Origin: Naegleria gruberi
Taxonomy: Eukaryota
NCBI GenBank assembly: GCA_000004985.1
Contig: GG738880.1
Length of the DNA stretch: 64,000 nucleotides
Strand: one strand, 5' to 3'
Positions 53,701 through 64,000 of this stretch are shown here, in pieces. Both the position numbers and the translations under genes were made by a program. The notes beneath the pieces were generated by a model, which made no database searches, was not told the origin of the DNA, and saw only the letters and a program-made list of their open reading frames with translations. Positions within the stretch are counted from its first letter, which is position 1, and the number at the start of each line of letters is the position of its first letter.

Positions 53701-56138
53701 AAGAGTCGAAAGAAAGAGAAAGAAATCAACAAAAATTGAGGAAATTTATTTGGATTTTGATGAAATACAAGCCAAATTGGAAAAGAAGTACAAGGATTCT
53801 TTCCTTGTAGTGAGTCAACAATTCTACACTGATAAGAATCAATTGGGATCTTTCATTCCGCTCTACACTAGTGAAACTAATACCAAACTCACAAAAACAC
53901 CCTCCTTTGAACCATTTTCTATCAAACCTACTTTAGAATTCACCAATATCACCTTCAGATTCGAACTGTTTTATTGGGTATCAATCGACAAGCAACAATA
54001 TGACGATTTGGATGTAATGTCACCACGACAATACAAACAATCACCAATTGACGCAAAAAAATCATCAAACACCAGAACAACCACCATAGGTCACTACAGA
54101 AGATTAATTGGAGCAACAGAAGTTACCTATACTGATTTTATCAAATTCTTTGATTTACCCTCTGTTCCAACACCTGAATCGACAAGTTCTTCCTCCACTA
54201 GTAAACCTCTCAAAGGGGATAATGATCTATTGTTGGGACCATTCTTCCACATTTCTAGCTCTGGACTCACCGAAGCTACCAATAGCACAACCACACCAAG
54301 GAAAACAAGAAAATCCCTGAAAAATGTTACATTTGAATCAGAGGAAAAGTCCAACAATTCGAATAGTGGACCCCCAACGAATAGAGTTTCTCCTCTTACA
54401 ATGAAATTACTAGTCGATCGTAGAATTCACATTATCAAAGAGGAAACACTTGCTCCACAAGGAATGGATCCAGTAGAAGATGAAAATAATCCATCAGTTG
54501 TTCACAGAAGAAGAAAGGTTCTCACTGTAGTAAATGTTCAGAGTGGATCTCTCACATTCAAGAGTGTCAAGGAGAGAAAGGTCTTTATTGAAGAACAATC
54601 GGATTTGGATGTGACCTATACATTCCTTGATTATATGAAAACTGGATTGAGATTTAAATGTTACTTTGCTCTCGATTTTACCAAAGATAATACGTAAGTT
54701 TCATTTAACTTTTTAAATCTTTACAATTTAGTGAGCCGAGAAATGAAGGAAATTTACACATTGCTCCAAAAGGACAAAAATCCATCTATGAACAATGTAT
54801 TGACAGCATCAGTAAGAGAATATTCCAATATGATCCAAATATGACCGATTTCCACTTGGTTGGATTTGGAAATGATACACAGGAACCAGTTTTCAATTTG
54901 TACAGTAAGGGAGACGACCTTCTCGAGGAGGAAACTTCATCTTCTTCCATGTATTTTAGAGATGACAATGCCTCTGCAAGCTCTGAGGATAAGTCACAAA
55001 ATTACATTTACTCTGTATTATATCCAAGATATTATCCTCCTTTGAAAATTCATCAACTTTCACCAGTAAGTTTTTCACAAATTTTAAAATTTTACAATTA
55101 ACACTTGTAAAATTCTTGTAATAATTTGGAATTTAATAGATTTATCGACAATATATTTCGAGCACGGGTGGAAATTTCAAGCTCACCATGCAAGATTGTG
55201 TCAAAACTCGTCATTATGCCTTCACAGAGACAAACGTTCACAAGGGCACCAGAGATTTGACAAATGCCAATAGATTTAGCTATGATGATGGTTTGAAACA
55301 TGAGAAATTGAAACGAATGTCCTCTCCAGAATTTATTCACCTCAATTATATTGATTCTCCAAAGGTAACAACCTCTTCACTTACCCACCAAGGCAACAGT
55401 TTCTCAAGCAAATCACCAATAGTTGGCTCTTCCTCTATGGAAAGTGAAAAGAAATCAGCAAGCAAATCGAGTCTTTTCAAAAATAACATTTTCGAATCAC
55501 AAAAAGTAACCTCCAAATATGCTCCAAATGATTATTATCCAGTAATTTCTGATGTTATTGATTTGAGTTGTAATTTGAAGAATGAGGAAAGTATTGCCCA
55601 AACTCTTCTCTATCTCTACAGAGAACAGCAAATGTCAAAGATGGGTCATAGAAATTCAACCTCTTCCACACTCTCCTCTGATAGTTCTACCATGATGAAT
55701 ATTACACCAGTTCTGTACAATATTTTGGTAATCTTGATACCGAATGACTTTATTCATGTTGAGGAGACAATTTACAAATTTGTGGAGGCTTCACATAAGG
55801 CTGCTCTCTCAATTATTGTCATTGGAGTTGGAAGTGGATGTGGATTCAAAACTCACAGATCTATCAATACGAACACTGATTATGTTAGTAATAATTCTAC
55901 CTCTGGATCTGGAGGAAGAACTCTCCAATACAGAATTCAAACCATCATTCCAACAACAACTGATTTACAATATAGAGGATTGAGAGCTGCTCGTGGTTGT
56001 GTAACATTTGTAAGATTGAACGATCATGAAACTGTAAATGAGGCAGTGGAAGCAGCTTTGCAACACATTCCAAAACAAGTTTGTCGCTACATGAAGATGA
56101 AAGGTAGAGAAATATTATCATCCGGAAATAATCAATAA
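50781..56138 (+). CDS. Copine-like protein (two degenerate C2 domains + vWA domain) with a 737-aa low-complexity N-terminal exon, 4 exons (about 1723 aa)
   Basis: Exon 1 is 50781..52990 (N/S/Q/T-rich). Intron 52991..53064 (GTAAGT...ATATAG, phase 2). Exon 2 is 53065..54693 (C2-like regions; ends ...FLDYMKTGLRFKCYFALDFTKDN, the copine signature). Intron 54694..54731 (GTAAGT...TTTAG, about 38 bp). Exon 3 is 54732..55065 (...HIAPKGQKSIYEQCIDSISKRIFQYDPNMTDFHLVGFGN...). Intron 55066..55139 (GTAAGT...AATAG). Exon 4 is 55140..56138 (...ILVILIPNDFIHVEETIYKFVEASHKAALSIIVIGVGSGCGF...). The exon total of 5172 nt is in frame. Confidence 0.6.
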
Positions 56139-56444
56139 GCACTTTCATTGTGTGGCTGGAATTCAGGACCAATAGCTTGATGTATATTCCTTTAAATTAT
56201 TCCTGTACCATTCCATAGTAACTACACTTACGTCCTACTGGACACAAGAATAACAGAGCCAAACTTGTAGTCCATATTGTTGAATAACCACTCATTTTGT
56301 GAGGAACAGTGGGGTTGATATCCGTTCGCATTGAATGGAAAAGTTGATAGACTCTATTGTTGTGAAATTTCTCAGCTAATTCAAAAAAGGGCTTCCCAGT
56401 GAAATAATAAACTGATAATTGTTTGAAAAAGTGATGTGCAAGTG

Positions 56445-57083
56445 TCAAATTCTTCTTTCCAATATGAAATACGAAAATCCAAATGGTTTCGTTTCAATAT
56501 ACTGTAAGACTTGTTCCCAGAGTGAAAAGAAACTATCCAATGTTCTCAAATCTGGTATACTAGTAAAGGTACTAAATTGAAATATCTGTATATTCATGAA
56601 TGTGGTCATTATATGATATATCACTTTTCTTCGTTTCATATTCAAAGTAATGATTGGCAATAATTTCTTTGCAACTTGATTGACCATATCCTTTCGAGTG
56701 GCATTCAAATTGTTCAACATTGATTTTAAATATCTTTCAGTTTTAGTCATCGAATTAAGTATCCAAACATTTGAATATAAGTAAATATTCTCCAAACTTC
56801 TATATCGTGAAATTGTTTTTTTTCGTAAATAACTGCTCGCCATGTTGGCTGCCATTTCACATTCCACTTGTGGATGATCTATGTATTGATGAAACTTTAT
56901 CAAATTCCTAAAGGAAACCTCCCAAAAATTGGTATCATCATTGTCCATTATTAATCTATTCAATCTTTTACAGACACACAACAAATTCCTTCCCGAATAT
57001 GAAATCATTAAAAAATCACCAATAATATTAAAGAGAAGAATGTGATCGGGTATTCCCTTGATAATTTCTGTCATTTTTTTCAT
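56445..57083 (-). CDS. Hypothetical protein with F-box-like N-terminus
   Basis: 212-aa ORF with ATG at 57083. The N-terminal IPDHILLFNIIGDFLMISYSGRNLLCVCKRLNRLI resembles an F-box. The adjacent ORF 56197..56448 in another frame could be a further exon. Confidence 0.35.
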   Translation of the reverse strand: MKKMTEIIKGIPDHILLFNIIGDFLMISYSGRNLLCVCKRLNRLIMDNDDTNFWEVSFRNLIKFHQYIDHPQVECEMAANMASSYLRKKTISRYRSLENIYLYSNVWILNSMTKTERYLKSMLNNLNATRKDMVNQVAKKLLPIITLNMKRRKVIYHIMTTFMNIQIFQFSTFTSIPDLRTLDSFFSLWEQVLQYIETKPFGFSYFILERRI

Positions 57084-57149
57084 CTATTTCAAAAACGTGC
57101 GATTATTTCAAATCTCAATCTTTACAAAAATAACCTTTATTTTAAATAT

Positions 57150-59573
57150 TTATTGAATTTCCTTAGCAAAGAAAGTAGCATCTGGTCTATCAGCTCCAAG
57201 TAATTTGGTGATAGATTCGAGTGGCTTAGTAGCTGCTTCAGTTGACAAGACAGACTTCAAAGATGATGAGAATTTAGACATGTCACTTCCTGACAATCCT
57301 GAGGCAAAGATGTGGGCAGCAACAATTTCAGTATAGAGTTCAGAATAGTATGGTTGGCTTTCAAGGTTGAACAATCTCTTAGAGAAGAAGGAAATGTTTG
57401 GAATCAATTGTGTGTATGGCTTGCAAAAACGTGACTCAATGGAGGAGAGAATTTCGATTGGTGTACTTTGAGAAGCATCGATTGGTTTGAAAACTTCCAA
57501 TTCGAACAGAGAGTAAACCATTTGTTGAACTAATTCTAATGGATATTGTGTTGGAGTTGTAGAAAGTTGTCTGGCATATTCTTCAGGTATTGGTTGTTTT
57601 GAACCTCTGTGTGAAAGATTTGCCAAGAGGAATTCGGTATTTTGTGGTAATCTTTCAAAAACTTTACGAACAACCTTGGACAAGAGATTAGTTTCAGAGA
57701 CAGCAGATGAACTTTGGCTGAGAATGTGGAAGAGAGCTTGACCAAAAGCACCAGACAAACTCTTGAATTGTTTGAGATTGAGTGTGTTTGAAACACTGTA
57801 GATGTGATCTCCCAAGTTCATTTGAATAACAGCACTCTTCAAGCCGTTTTCTCCAGAAATTGGATGGAGCTTAGCCTTATCAGAGGCATAAGCATCAAAA
57901 TGTTGAGTCTTTTCTCTTTCAAAGAGATCGAGATAAATGTGACCAACAACCTTACCATTTGAAACAACGTTGAGTTTCTTGATATTGAGTGGTGACCAGG
58001 TTTCAGATGGAGCCAACTTTTCTGGAACTACCTCAACACCGAAAGCTTGAGAAGCAACAGTCTTTGTTAAACCGTCCAAAACAGAGCTCAATGACATGTA
58101 GTTTTGAATATCAGATGGCAAGTAATTAACTCTAACACGGTTATAGTGGAGATTTGACAATTGCATAATATCAAAACCTGGAGTGAAAAGCTTCAAATCT
58201 TCAGCAGTTTGCTTTGACTTGTTGTAGAAACATCTCTTAAGAACTGGATCAGTCATTCTGGTAATCTTCAATTCAGACAATTTTTCAACTTCCTTCTTGA
58301 TATCGATTTGTTCCTTCAATTGACCAATAACTTTAACAAAGTCATCAACCTTTGGTACGTTATTATTGGACATGTTGACAGTAGCAATCTTCATTTCAAC
58401 AAATGATTGATATCCAAGAGTCTTGGCAAAAGCATTGGAAGCATCAATAGCGGAAGCAACCTTTGAGTTGAATTCATTATCAGCTGAACCAGTAAAGAAT
58501 TTCTTGGTAGCTTCATCAAACAAATCGGTTCTGAGACTTTCTTCAGAAACATTTGTAAGAATAGCTTCCAAATCCTTTTCCAAGTTGAGAAGAATAAACT
58601 TCTTCTTCTTTTGAACTTCCATCTTTAAAGACTTGCTGTGAGCTTCTGGAAGTTCATAAATTCTCATAGATCCTCTAACCTTAGTATTAACATGAGTTTG
58701 AATATAATCGTTCAATTCTTTAACTCTCTTTTCAAAATCTTCCTTAGCTTCAGTGAATTTTTCACGGCTAGATTCCACACCATAAATATTTCTAACTTCA
58801 TTAGCGAGTGGAGTATCCAAAACGAGTGATTGTGTGGCCTTTCCGAACTTTTCATTTGTGAGAGCACGTTGAGCAAAGAATTGTGAAAAGTTATCATGGA
58901 TTTCTTGAGCGGCAACAGCAAGGTCTTCAAATGGATGCAATTGAATAAAAGCCTTCAATGACGACAAGTAAGAGAATCGCAAATTAGTTAATTCGAGAGT
59001 ATTTCTAGAGACATCTTCTCCCTTTTCTATACTACTAACCAAATCATCAACTCTTCCTTTAGCAAGAACCAATGAATCTCTCATTGATGAAGCATCCTTG
59101 AAATGTTTCAATCCAAAATATCCGGTTTGTTCAGAGAGCTTGGAAACATCAATATTCTTGCTAGTGTTCACAAATTCAGCCAAAGATGGTGTTTTAGCCA
59201 ATTCAGCGATATATTTTCCTGTAACTTTCTTCTTTGGGTAGAGTTTTTCAATAGATGGTGGTTTTGGTTTATCGAGTTCTGAATCTTTAGAAGCTCTCTT
59301 CATGGCTAACTTTTCCTTATTTCTTTGTTCGAGAGCAGCCTTCTTTTGGTCCATTCTCTTTTGGTGTTCCTTTTGTTGATTTCTCTTTACTAAATCCTTC
59401 TTTCTACCACCGGCAACATCCTTTTTGGATCTGCTAATTGTTGATGAAGCAGCAGCATTGAAGAGGATGTGATTGGAAGTCAAGTGAGAGGTAATAGCAA
59501 CAGAATTTGAAGGAAGTGAATTTCCTAATAATGTTGTAGTCTTTGAAAGACCGTGTTTCCAGACAGAGAACAT
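57150..59573 (-). CDS. Mitochondrial intermediate peptidase (M3 family)-like protein lacking the HEXXH zinc motif (putative pseudo-peptidase), presequence-like N-terminus
   Basis: 807 aa. N-terminus MFSVWKHGLSKTTTLLGNSLPSNSVAITSHL resembles a presequence. TGYFGLKHFKDASSMRDSLVLAKGRVDDLVSSI matches the MIP N-terminal block (TGLFG.P.L..P.GF..LA). At the position of FHEMGHAMHSML the sequence reads SGAFGQALFHIL, and no HExxH occurs anywhere in the ORF. Confidence 0.5.
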   Translation of the reverse strand: MFSVWKHGLSKTTTLLGNSLPSNSVAITSHLTSNHILFNAAASSTISRSKKDVAGGRKKDLVKRNQQKEHQKRMDQKKAALEQRNKEKLAMKRASKDSELDKPKPPSIEKLYPKKKVTGKYIAELAKTPSLAEFVNTSKNIDVSKLSEQTGYFGLKHFKDASSMRDSLVLAKGRVDDLVSSIEKGEDVSRNTLELTNLRFSYLSSLKAFIQLHPFEDLAVAAQEIHDNFSQFFAQRALTNEKFGKATQSLVLDTPLANEVRNIYGVESSREKFTEAKEDFEKRVKELNDYIQTHVNTKVRGSMRIYELPEAHSKSLKMEVQKKKKFILLNLEKDLEAILTNVSEESLRTDLFDEATKKFFTGSADNEFNSKVASAIDASNAFAKTLGYQSFVEMKIATVNMSNNNVPKVDDFVKVIGQLKEQIDIKKEVEKLSELKITRMTDPVLKRCFYNKSKQTAEDLKLFTPGFDIMQLSNLHYNRVRVNYLPSDIQNYMSLSSVLDGLTKTVASQAFGVEVVPEKLAPSETWSPLNIKKLNVVSNGKVVGHIYLDLFEREKTQHFDAYASDKAKLHPISGENGLKSAVIQMNLGDHIYSVSNTLNLKQFKSLSGAFGQALFHILSQSSSAVSETNLLSKVVRKVFERLPQNTEFLLANLSHRGSKQPIPEEYARQLSTTPTQYPLELVQQMVYSLFELEVFKPIDASQSTPIEILSSIESRFCKPYTQLIPNISFFSKRLFNLESQPYYSELYTEIVAAHIFASGLSGSDMSKFSSSLKSVLSTEAATKPLESITKLLGADRPDATFFAKEIQ

Positions 59574-60110
59574 TTTTTTTATATTATTAACTACACGTTA
59601 CGGAAGAAGGGAGTGGTGTTGTTGATGTTGTTTTACGAATAATTCACTGTTGTTGTTATATTGTTGTGTGAGTTTGTTCGAGGATGAAGGCAAACAACAG
59701 CAAAATATTTTTTTTCTCGTGCTTCAAAAAATGCCTTGCTGTTTTTTACAAAATTATTCTCTTCTTTATCATTTAATTAATTAATTTATTATTAATGATA
59801 GAGACTTACCAGTCTTCCCTCCTTATTTACATCATTATTGAAAAAACAATACAATTCATCATCCTAGTCATCATCAGGCTATTTTCTGCTATAACCAAAT
59901 TGGACTCGCTACCTTATTAATACAATTTTTGTGAGTTCGAATCACTGCATGATTTTAATAACCACCAAAAAACAAAATCAAAAAAATCAACAACATTTCA
60001 TCTTTTGCTGCATCATCATCAGAAGCGCACTTATTTACCCCTACACCTACTACCGCGAAGAAAAACATCACTGATAATCAAACTCTCAACAACAAAAGAA
60101 ATTCTATAGA

Positions 60111-60875
60111 ATGCATCATCAATTTGATACTACAACAGAACATTCTCAACCAATTGTTCCATTGGATAATGACAATTCAATCGATCTCAAAAACAAGCAG
60201 ATCATTGATGAAGAAAAGGATGAAGCTTCTACAGCTCCAATGTGTAAAGAATTGAAGGAATTTACTCAAGAATTGGAAGATTGTTTTAAAGAAGGAGAAG
60301 GAAAAGTCAACCCGGAACATGTCAAACAAATCTTCAGAAAATATCTTGATAAGATTGACTTGAGTGATTTGGAAGCCTATTGTTTGGCTGATACAAGAGC
60401 TACCTATACTAGAAATTTAATATTTAAAAATCCATACTTTTCATTGATTGTTCTCGCATGGAATCCACAACAACACAGCTCTATTCACAGTCATGCTGGA
60501 TCGCAATGTTGGTTCAGATGTATGAGAGGACAAGTCAAGGAATGCAGATGGATGATTGACCCAACTCATGACCAATCACTCTGTCCTTCAGAACCAACAA
60601 AGGAATTTATTGCCAATGTTAATTCTATTGGTTATATTGATGATAACAATGGTGTTCACTGCATTGTGAATACACGAGATGAAATTAGTGTCACTCTCCA
60701 CTGTTATGCTCCTCCATATGATTCATGTGCATGCTACTCTGAAGAAACAGGTGAAGTCTATAGAGGAAAAGTAATGTTTGACAGTATTGGAGGTGTTATT
60801 GATACATCACATCCTTCAAAGGAATCAGTTGTAAGTAGTACAATTTCCAAAATTGAAAAATTTCTAATTATGTAA
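60111..60875 (+). CDS. Cysteine dioxygenase type I (cupin)
   Basis: 254 aa. YTRNLIFKNPYFSLIVLAWNPQQHSSIHSHAGSQCWFRCMRGQVKE...VTLHCYAPPYDSCACY matches the CDO cupin motifs (H-x-H metal site, conserved C and Y residues). Confidence 0.7.
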   Translation: MHHQFDTTTEHSQPIVPLDNDNSIDLKNKQIIDEEKDEASTAPMCKELKEFTQELEDCFKEGEGKVNPEHVKQIFRKYLDKIDLSDLEAYCLADTRATYTRNLIFKNPYFSLIVLAWNPQQHSSIHSHAGSQCWFRCMRGQVKECRWMIDPTHDQSLCPSEPTKEFIANVNSIGYIDDNNGVHCIVNTRDEISVTLHCYAPPYDSCACYSEETGEVYRGKVMFDSIGGVIDTSHPSKESVVSSTISKIEKFLIM

Positions 60876-61387
60876 ATAGTATAATTTTTTGAAAGAAGAA
60901 AAGGAATTATAGATATATGGTAACTAAAAGATGTTGTTCAATTGGAACAATCGTTTATCATTTCTAAAAATTCATTGAATTTGTCAAATTCTCCCTCCTT
61001 TCATTGTACAGTAATTAACTACCAAAATTTAATATTTATTGATTTTACAAAACGAGTCTTGTAAATTTTTATTTCCAAATAAACCATTTATCTTAACTAA
61101 ACTTTCAGTCCTCAAGCTTTTCAAATCGATGCTTCCAATAAATCTGGTTCAATTTCAATGAGGTTAAATTATCCCTTAGTAATTGAATTACCAGCAATGC
61201 ATCTCTTTCATCTCCATGGCTAGAATATATTCTGGACGTCCAACACCAAGTGCTTATTCAACATTATTCAAGACATTGGTAAAGCTCTTTGAGCTTTTTA
61301 ATCTTCTTAGAAGTAGATGTAGTGATTGAGGTCTCCGCAGAGTTTGCAATGAGGGCAAGGTCGAATTGTATCATTTCAAACAAAAAA

Positions 61388-63477
61388 ATGTCTGAAGCAA
61401 AGAAAAGGAAGGGAGGAACCCACGAATCAAAGAGAAAGAACCGAAAAAAAAGCTACAGTGATCGGGTTGTAGTATCAGCACAATTAGACATTCTCACTAG
61501 TATTTATATCGATAAAGAACCATCTGAAAAAGACTTGGAATGTGAATTAGCTGTAATAGAGAAGGTGGTTTCCCTTACCAAATTGGAGGGAAATTGGGAT
61601 CCTCCAAAACAAAAAGAAAGAACTTTATTCATCTATTTTCTATCGGCCTTTGGAATTAAACTTAATACTTCCCCTGATTGTTTTTCAAATGTTCAAAAAG
61701 AAATGATTTCTAACATTCATGAGTTGTTGACTAATTTTGTTAATTGTAAACAGGACATAAAGTCACTACTTTTGAACTTTAAAGAATTGGGTTTATGTAT
61801 TGAAAAGAAAAGGGATTGTTTTATGGAAGTTTACAAACCCAAACTGGATTTGGAATCAGTTGACCATTTAACAAATCTCATGATAGAATCGCGTATTTTG
61901 TCTGCTCTTGCACCTCCACATAGAGATTCAACAACCAAAACGGAACAAGAACTTACCAGACAGGTATTTGGACCATTATTTGAATTTACAGCTCTGTTTG
62001 AAGGTTGCTCTGGAAGCTCGTAAGTAGATGAAATATTGAATGGTTATTCATGTTTTCTTAAGAAATTCCAGTATTACTCCTTTTGTATGTTCTGGAAATG
62101 AAGGGAGTAACTTGAGTAAAATTATCCCCAATCTCCAACCAGACGACTTTACATGTGTTCAATATAACTCTAAAAAACTCATTAAGATTATTAGAGAAGA
62201 CTCTCCTGAAGAATATAACCACCACACTATGCACAAGGATTTTATTCCATTACTAACAGAAATGAAACTATGTTTAGCTCTTCTTGTGAGAGAATTAGTG
62301 AGGGATTCAGAGGAAGATTGGCACAACCAATTAATGGTATTGGGCGTGGCAGGAGAATTGAATCAATGCAATTTATATGCACTTTCGTGTGTCCCAGAAT
62401 TTAAAGAAGATAGTATTGAACTTGAATATAGATTAACACATGTTGGATCATACCCTCACTATGACATTAACAAACGAATCGAACTTGTTTCCATTTTAAT
62501 TTCAAATTTATTGCCTAATAGGGAAATGGTGAAACAAACCATTACCACTTCAACGCCTACAATCAATACTCCTTCAAAGAATAAGGAAAGACAATTGTTT
62601 CCAACTGTTTTGGGTTATAAGGAAGATACTTTCAAAATTCAATACGAGGATGGTGAAGAAGAAGCTAAGGTTAGATGCTGCAAAGTTAATGCTATTGAAT
62701 GTGTTGTAAAACGATCTTATTTACAAAAAGAGGAAATGGGCTTTTTGACTTTAAATTTACCAGTTGACTTGTACTGTTTGGATTTTTCAATCTCTTTAAA
62801 AGGAAAGTGCCTTGCAAAAATGTTGCTAGATGAAGAAGAGATTGAGGTAAGAGCATTACTCAATAATATCATGGCAATTCTTTTAAGATTAGAAAGAAGA
62901 AAGTACACACATAACGATATCAAACCAGAGAATATTGTTTTATATGATGGACATTGGTTTTTAATAGATTACGAAACCCGTACACCTTTTACCGATTTTG
63001 ATGAGCAAAATAAGTGTTACTTGAACGGAAAAGATTTATTGGTTAGTAGGTGGTTTTCAAAAGGTAAGTGCAACATATTTCAATAGAAAATTCAATGTGC
63101 TAGGCTATCGATGTCCTGAAAGACTCGAATATTTCAAATTCAATGGTATATCCTATAAGGGAAGAGTTTCACCCCAGAGTGATGTATATTCTTTAGGATT
63201 GGTAGTATTGGAAGTACTTTACAAAAAAAATTTACCTAATTTGGAATTTTGTAAGGAAGTTGAAAAGTATCTGAACTCACTCAAAAATACATGTCGAGAT
63301 GTTAGTCTTTTGAATGTTTTGACTTTGATTTTAAAAAAGGAATTCAATGAAAGACCAAAACCTTCAGATCTTAAGGAATTTTTTAATTCTGAACCATTCA
63401 AGCAATATTATTTACTTTTAGATAACAAATATCACTATATGAATCTATTTCCCACTTCTGCTAATGATATATTTTAA
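61388..63477 (+). CDS. Divergent protein kinase-like protein (atypical motifs; possible pseudokinase), 3 exons
   Basis: Exon 1 is 61388..62019 (ATG MSEAKKRKGG). Intron 62020..62062 (GTAAGT...CTTAAG, phase 2). Exon 2 is 62063..63063. Intron 63064..63103 (GTAAGT...GCTAG, phase 1). Exon 3 is 63104..63477. The catalytic-loop region reads YTHNDIKPENIVL (HND instead of HRD). LIDYETRT stands in place of DFG, the activation/APE region is GYRCPERLE, and subdomain IX reads SDVYSLGLVVLEVLY. No clear glycine-rich loop. Confidence 0.5.
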
Positions 63478-64000
63478 GTATATGAGTTTTTCCTTAATTG
63501 ATTTTTCCAATCCAATCTCTAAAACGTTGATTTCAACCATTATTCCTTTCACGTTATCACTTCTAACAGGTGTGTATTGGGCCTTTACAAATCCCATCAA
63601 ACACTTATGTGAAAGAGTCGTAGAGCTTCCCTTATTGCCATTTTCAATAACTACAGAGCTGTCAAATTGGGAAAAGGAAACGAAAGAAGGTCCACTTGCA
63701 CCATTGAAAGAAATTAACTATTCGATAATGGAATTACCTTCAATTACTCCATAATATTCACCAGAAACGCTTAACTTTCCTCCAATAATTGGATTACCGA
63801 TCATGTTTACATTTTGATGGATTGTGGGCTTGAATAGGATTAGTTCTAATAAATGTTTAAATTCTCGATATTGTTTGAACTTAAATCCAAAACTCTCAAC
63901 AATGGAAATTCAACTTAAGAATGAAACAAACCTTGAGGTGCAACTGTTGCAGGCATTTTTTCTAAGTGTTACACAGTAAATTTATTTAGTTTGAGGTTGT

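Noticed and set aside
63464-63754. 96-aa ORF overlapping the end of the kinase-like gene and its 3' flank
   Set aside because: It overlaps the verified last exon in another frame and continues into AT-rich 3' sequence. No motif. The minus strand in 63480..63790 also has an open stretch, but I could not find a convincing start or splice sites.
1-64000. Prokaryotic-style systems (operons, CRISPR arrays, defence islands, integrons)
   Set aside because: None of these is present. The sequence has spliceosomal introns, histone and tubulin genes, monocistronic divergent/convergent gene pairs and no Shine-Dalgarno or operon structure. It is eukaryotic nuclear DNA, so prokaryotic system-hunting does not apply.

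Overview
This window is not prokaryotic. It is a gene-dense nuclear genomic segment from an AT-rich amoebozoan, most likely a dictyostelid-type social amoeba. Evidence for that placement: GT-AG spliceosomal introns of about 46-116 bp, poly-Asn/Ser/Gln tracts in proteins, a 139-aa Dictyostelium-style histone H3, alpha-tubulin, a CENP-E-like kinesin, copine and a TSET/TPLATE subunit. I modelled about 33 protein-coding genes on both strands, many with short introns whose exon phases I checked against the ORF track. There are also two tRNA genes, one of them (tRNA-Gly GCC) split in its T-loop by a roughly 750-bp insertion flanked by an 8-bp duplication. Several GC-rich motifs recur in otherwise AT-rich promoters: E2F-like TTGGCGCC, Myb-like ACCGTTA and a triple GTGGCGG. 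The ORF track uses ATG/GTG/TTG as 'M', so many track starts are not real initiators. Splice junctions were placed by eye from codon phase and may be off by 1-2 bp. There are no CRISPR arrays, operons or prokaryotic defence systems here. The most interesting items are: a bacterial-type (E. coli-like) RtcB RNA ligase with an N-terminal presequence; the split tRNA-Gly with its insertion; a cation-dependent mannose-6-phosphate-receptor-like (MRH) membrane protein; a mitochondrial-intermediate-peptidase-like protein lacking the HEXXH zinc motif; tandem CAP/PR-1 genes; and a copine with a giant low-complexity first exon.
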